Below are positions 42,024 through 45,105 of a stretch of DNA of 45,105 nt, piece by piece. The DNA comes from a virus. The DNA lies in the IMG/VR virus record IMGVR_UViG_3300045988_173304. The stretch is one strand, 5' to 3'. Each line of letters opens with the position of its first letter. Position 1 is the stretch's first letter. The notes below the pieces were generated by a model. The model searched no databases and had not been told where the DNA came from. It saw only the letters and a program-made list of their open reading frames with translations. A program made the position numbers and the translations under genes.

Positions 42024-42734
42024 ATGATAAAAATTGAAAATACTGAAGTGTATGGTTGGGAAGCAGCCATTCGAGGAATGCGGAACCCGATGAATAGTTG
42101 GGACAAGTCAGATACCGAACTCACAATAAGCACCCAATATTTTGGGAATGTGAGCACACGGCGAACCGAAATTTGTATTGGAAAAAAAGACTTCGCCTTG
42201 ATGAAAACGCTCGTCGAGGCGGGTACAGACCACAGAAAATTCCTTCGCATGGTCAATGTGACAGTTGACATCACTGCGCCATTGTATTGGTGGAAAGAGT
42301 TTGACACATACAAGGTTGGTACTGTTCGTGATTCATGCTCAACGATGCACAAAATCACAGCGAAAGAATTTGAACTGAGTGATTTTTCAAGGGAGCATTT
42401 AATAACTTTGGATTATCAACATTATACCATTTTGGATACAGAAGAATTAGAACGGATTGAATTACAAACAGCATCGTTGGAAATTTTGAGAGTAATCATT
42501 CAGGCACTGAATAATTACAGAAATTTGTATCTTAAAACTAAAGATAAGAAACATTGGTGGCAGATAATTCAGCTTTTACCGTCAAGTTATAACCAGCGTG
42601 CAACAGTACAACTCAATTATGAGGTGCTGTTGAACATGTATCATTCGAGAAAGAATCACAAGCTCGATGAGTGGAGAACATTCTGCGAATGGATTGAGTC
42701 GCTGCCTTATATGGGGGAATTTTTAAATGTTTGA
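42024..42734 (+). CDS. ThyX (Thy1)-like protein with a non-canonical signature
   Basis: The overall pattern (..AGTDHRKFLRMVNVTVDITAPLYWWKEFDTYKVGTVRDSCSTMH..) resembles flavin-dependent thymidylate synthase. The RHRxxSxxxxSxR motif is replaced by FDTYKVGTVRDSCSTM. Confidence 0.4.
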   Translation: MIKIENTEVYGWEAAIRGMRNPMNSWDKSDTELTISTQYFGNVSTRRTEICIGKKDFALMKTLVEAGTDHRKFLRMVNVTVDITAPLYWWKEFDTYKVGTVRDSCSTMHKITAKEFELSDFSREHLITLDYQHYTILDTEELERIELQTASLEILRVIIQALNNYRNLYLKTKDKKHWWQIIQLLPSSYNQRATVQLNYEVLLNMYHSRKNHKLDEWRTFCEWIESLPYMGEFLNV

Positions 42735-42840
42735 AGTCGGAATTATTACTTTTTGCTTGTTGAGTATATTGTTTTTGAGTGCAGATAATAAACGGCTCGA
42801 AGAAGAATTGAAAGAACGTAAAGAAAACCCGGACGAATGA
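42727..42840 (+). CDS. Small membrane peptide (37 aa, below the ORF-track cutoff)
   Basis: MFEVGIITFCLLSILFLSADNKRLEEELKERKENPDE. SD GGGGGAATTTTTA. Confidence 0.5.
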   Translation: MFEVGIITFCLLSILFLSADNKRLEEELKERKENPDE

Positions 42841-42862
42841 ATTTATTTGAGGAGGAACTATC

Positions 42863-44503
42863 ATGGAAAAATTTTATCTCGGAATCTCATTTGGTTTTAA
42901 CGCATCTGCGTGTGTTGTATCTAATGAACGAGGAGTGCTTGCAGCTATCTCTCAGGAACGCTTGAACGGTGAAAAGAACACCAAAGAGCTTCCTTTCGAT
43001 GCTGCTCTGAAGTGCTGTGAAATTACTGGTGTATACAATTTTGAAGCTCTCGCAGTATCTCACTATGAGAACATCAGCGTTAGTTATTTGCAGAAGTACG
43101 GTAAAAAGTACAATCTTCACGGTGACAAATGGCAAGATGTGATTCACAACTACTTCAGTGGAATTGAAATTGAGAAAATTGTACATGTACACCATCATTG
43201 GGCTCATGCGTATGCTACAACTGCATTTTATGACAATCCTGAGTTTGGTGATTACCTCATCACTTCTGACGGTTTTGGTGATGGCAGTAGTGGAATCATC
43301 TGCGAATATGGCGATATTGACGTTAGCGCAGATTTGCCACTCAGAGCGTCAATTGGTCTGGTGTACCAATTTGTGACAGGAGCATTAGGCTTCACAGAGC
43401 ACAAGCATGAAGGAAAAATTACAGGACTTGCTGCATTTGGCCACCCAAAATATCTGAGAGAATTCTATTCTTTGGAAGTTGAATCTCGCAAGGTAATTTT
43501 GACAGAGGAAGAAGAACAAATGGTGAAGGAATCTCACATCTATGATTTCAGTGATTTCCTCAAACTGAAGAAAGCAACTTACTCACTCGTTGAAAATCTG
43601 AAAGCAGCAGGAGCAACACGTGAGGACATTGCTGCTACAGTTCAGGAATATGCAGAGCAGAGTGTTTGCAAATGGATATATGAGAACGTCAACGAACGTG
43701 GTCACAATTGCTATCTGTCTGGTGGATTGTTTGCAAATGTGAAAATCAATCAGAGAATAAAAGAATTAGGCATCTTCAAGAATGTTTATGTGTGCCCTGC
43801 AATGGGAGATGAAGGTAATGCAATTGGTGCTGCTTATGCAATTATCGGTTGTATTCCTAAAGCAAAAATCAGTCCGAATCAATGCGGCACAGTTGCAAAT
43901 GAAGGTCTGATCGTAGGTGAGTCTGACAAGTATTCTTGCCGCAGAATTGCTGACGATAATGAATTGGCAAAGACAATCGCAGAGATGCTCAGCGAAAATA
44001 AGATTGTTTGCCTCGTTAAGGGTAAGATGGAATTTGGTCCTCGTGCTCTTTGTCACCGTAGCATCTTGTATAACTGCGACACAAAGGAAACCAATACTTG
44101 GCTCAATGAAAAACTTGGCCGCACAGAATTTATGCCTTTCGCTCCTGTATGCCGTGAAGAAGTAGCGGATGACCTGTTCTTGGAACTTGATGGTGGCAGA
44201 GACAGTGCAAAGCATATGACGATGACGTTCGATTGTACGCCAGAATTCGCCAGAGACTATCCTGCTGCTTGCCACGTAGATAATACTGCAAGACCTCAGA
44301 TAGTCTCTCAGGATGAAGACCCGTTCATCTGGAGCGTACTGAACAAATATCAAGAGTTAACTGGCAAGAAGGCACTCATCAATACGAGTTTCAACTTGCA
44401 CAATTACCCGATCATTGAATCGGCTGAAGTAGCAGTAAAGAGCTGGATCACTAGCGGTACAGATGTACTCGTTATCGGTAATACTGTATTGGAGAAAAAG
44501 TAA
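42863..44503 (+). CDS. NodU/CmcH/TobZ-family O-carbamoyltransferase
   Basis: N-terminal YLGISFGFNASACVV..ISQERL. HHHWAHAYATTAF. SDGFGDGSSG. GRTEFMPFAPV. NTSFNLHNYPIIES. These span both halves of the family as recalled. Confidence 0.75.
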   Translation: MEKFYLGISFGFNASACVVSNERGVLAAISQERLNGEKNTKELPFDAALKCCEITGVYNFEALAVSHYENISVSYLQKYGKKYNLHGDKWQDVIHNYFSGIEIEKIVHVHHHWAHAYATTAFYDNPEFGDYLITSDGFGDGSSGIICEYGDIDVSADLPLRASIGLVYQFVTGALGFTEHKHEGKITGLAAFGHPKYLREFYSLEVESRKVILTEEEEQMVKESHIYDFSDFLKLKKATYSLVENLKAAGATREDIAATVQEYAEQSVCKWIYENVNERGHNCYLSGGLFANVKINQRIKELGIFKNVYVCPAMGDEGNAIGAAYAIIGCIPKAKISPNQCGTVANEGLIVGESDKYSCRRIADDNELAKTIAEMLSENKIVCLVKGKMEFGPRALCHRSILYNCDTKETNTWLNEKLGRTEFMPFAPVCREEVADDLFLELDGGRDSAKHMTMTFDCTPEFARDYPAACHVDNTARPQIVSQDEDPFIWSVLNKYQELTGKKALINTSFNLHNYPIIESAEVAVKSWITSGTDVLVIGNTVLEKK

Positions 44504-44913
44504 TGAAAAGACCTACAATCGAAGAATATTATCTTAGCATTGCAGCGGCCGTCAGCAGACGGTCGACCTGCATGCGAAGACAATATGGAGCGGTGATAGT
44601 TAAAAATGATGAAATCATCGCAACAGGATATAATGGCTCGCCTAGAGGTGAAATGAATTGCTGTGACAGTACAGATGCCTGCAAAAGACTCGGTCATGAG
44701 CATAACGATGGCGATTATGGTGACTGTGAAAGCGTGCATGCTGAAATGAATGCAATGATTTCTGCAGCTCGTAAGGATATGATCAATTCAACATTATATC
44801 TTTATGGCGAAGAAAATGGCAAAATTATCAATGCAGAACCTTGCCCGATATGCTCTCGAATGATAAAAAATGCAGGGATTTTTAAGGTGATCACTGCAAA
44901 AGAAAATAATTGA
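44503..44913 (+). CDS. dCMP deaminase (zinc cytidine/deoxycytidylate deaminase fold)
   Basis: VHAEMNAM...PCPICSRMIKNAG is the HAE / PCxxC zinc site. TAATG-coupled to the carbamoyltransferase. Confidence 0.85.
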   Translation: MKRPTIEEYYLSIAAAVSRRSTCMRRQYGAVIVKNDEIIATGYNGSPRGEMNCCDSTDACKRLGHEHNDGDYGDCESVHAEMNAMISAARKDMINSTLYLYGEENGKIINAEPCPICSRMIKNAGIFKVITAKENN

Positions 44914-44941
44914 CAGTTATTTTTGTGCAAAGTGCATATAA

Positions 44942-44995
44942 GCAATTCAAGATGAAATTCATCAAATTCAACGTTAACATTTCATCTTGAATTGC
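44942..44995. repeat. 17-bp perfect-stem hairpin/cruciform carrying AATTCAA motifs
   Basis: GCAATTCAAGATGAAAT (44942-58) pairs with ATTTCATCTTGAATTGC (44979-95), with a 20-nt loop. No U-run follows, so it is not a standard terminator. Confidence 0.8.
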
Positions 44996-45028
44996 AAAAA
45001 TGCCACGTGGGACCGCTAAATACGAACA

Positions 45029-45105
45029 CCAATTCAACAATTCAACTTAAAATGCTCATTTTATATAAGCTTATACGTTAAGTTTTTTTAACGGTGAAAA
45101 ATTAT
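45029..45105 (+). repeat. 77-bp structured repeat, terminal copy (identical to nt 1-77)
   Basis: Exact identity read directly. Confidence 0.95.

Larger units (their letters stand above)
1..45105. mobile_element. Complete temperate siphovirus-like phage genome, apparently circularly closed
   Basis: All phage modules are present in the ORF translations: lysis, packaging, HK97-type head, long non-contractile tail, integrase, replication and nucleotide metabolism. nt 1-77 are identical to nt 45029-45105. Confidence 0.85.

Noticed and set aside
43766-44353. 195-aa minus-strand ORF
   Set aside because: It is antisense to the carbamoyltransferase gene, which has strong family motifs on the + strand.

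Overview
The window reads as a complete temperate siphovirus-like phage genome of a low-GC Gram-positive host. This rests on GGAGG-type ribosome-binding sites and on the holin and endolysin types. Its first and last 77 nt are identical, so it is most simply a closed circle of 45,028 unique bp.

Gene order on the + strand:
- ArpU/RinA-like late regulator (149)
- a small moron cassette
- holin, BhlA-like protein and a two-domain endolysin (2.3-3.9 kb)
- two different small-terminase-like genes flanking an HNH/P-loop fusion
- TerL, portal, prohead protease and HK97-type capsid, with fibre-like and collagen-like genes inserted between them
- connector and tail genes, including a GGGAAAC -1 frameshift chaperone, a 1009-aa tape measure, Dit and a Gp37-like protein (to 22.1 kb)

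An accessory island follows at 22.1-27.6 kb. It holds short divergent operons, a RelE-like toxin, XRE regulators and a tyrosine integrase. After it come cro/xis-like genes, a replication module and a nucleotide-metabolism operon.
- Replication module: SNF2 helicase, VRR-NUC, Cas4-like nuclease fused to a Sak4-like ATPase, DUF669, family-B polymerase, and prim-pol/SF3 helicase.
- Nucleotide-metabolism operon: 39.1-44.9 kb.

Main hunt results:
1. A T4-like dCMP-modification gene set is coupled to a NodU/CmcH-type O-carbamoyltransferase. This is a candidate new DNA hypermodification.
2. A textbook type I hammerhead ribozyme lies in the 25347-25401 intergenic gap.
3. A perfect 77-bp module sits upstream of both the integrase and the late regulator, in inverted orientation, inside a roughly 230-bp diverged duplication.
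4. Nine copies of a promoter carry a TACAAC-N4-GTTGTA operator in the spacer.

I recognised no tRNA, rRNA or CRISPR array. All family calls come from motif recognition by eye; no searches were run.
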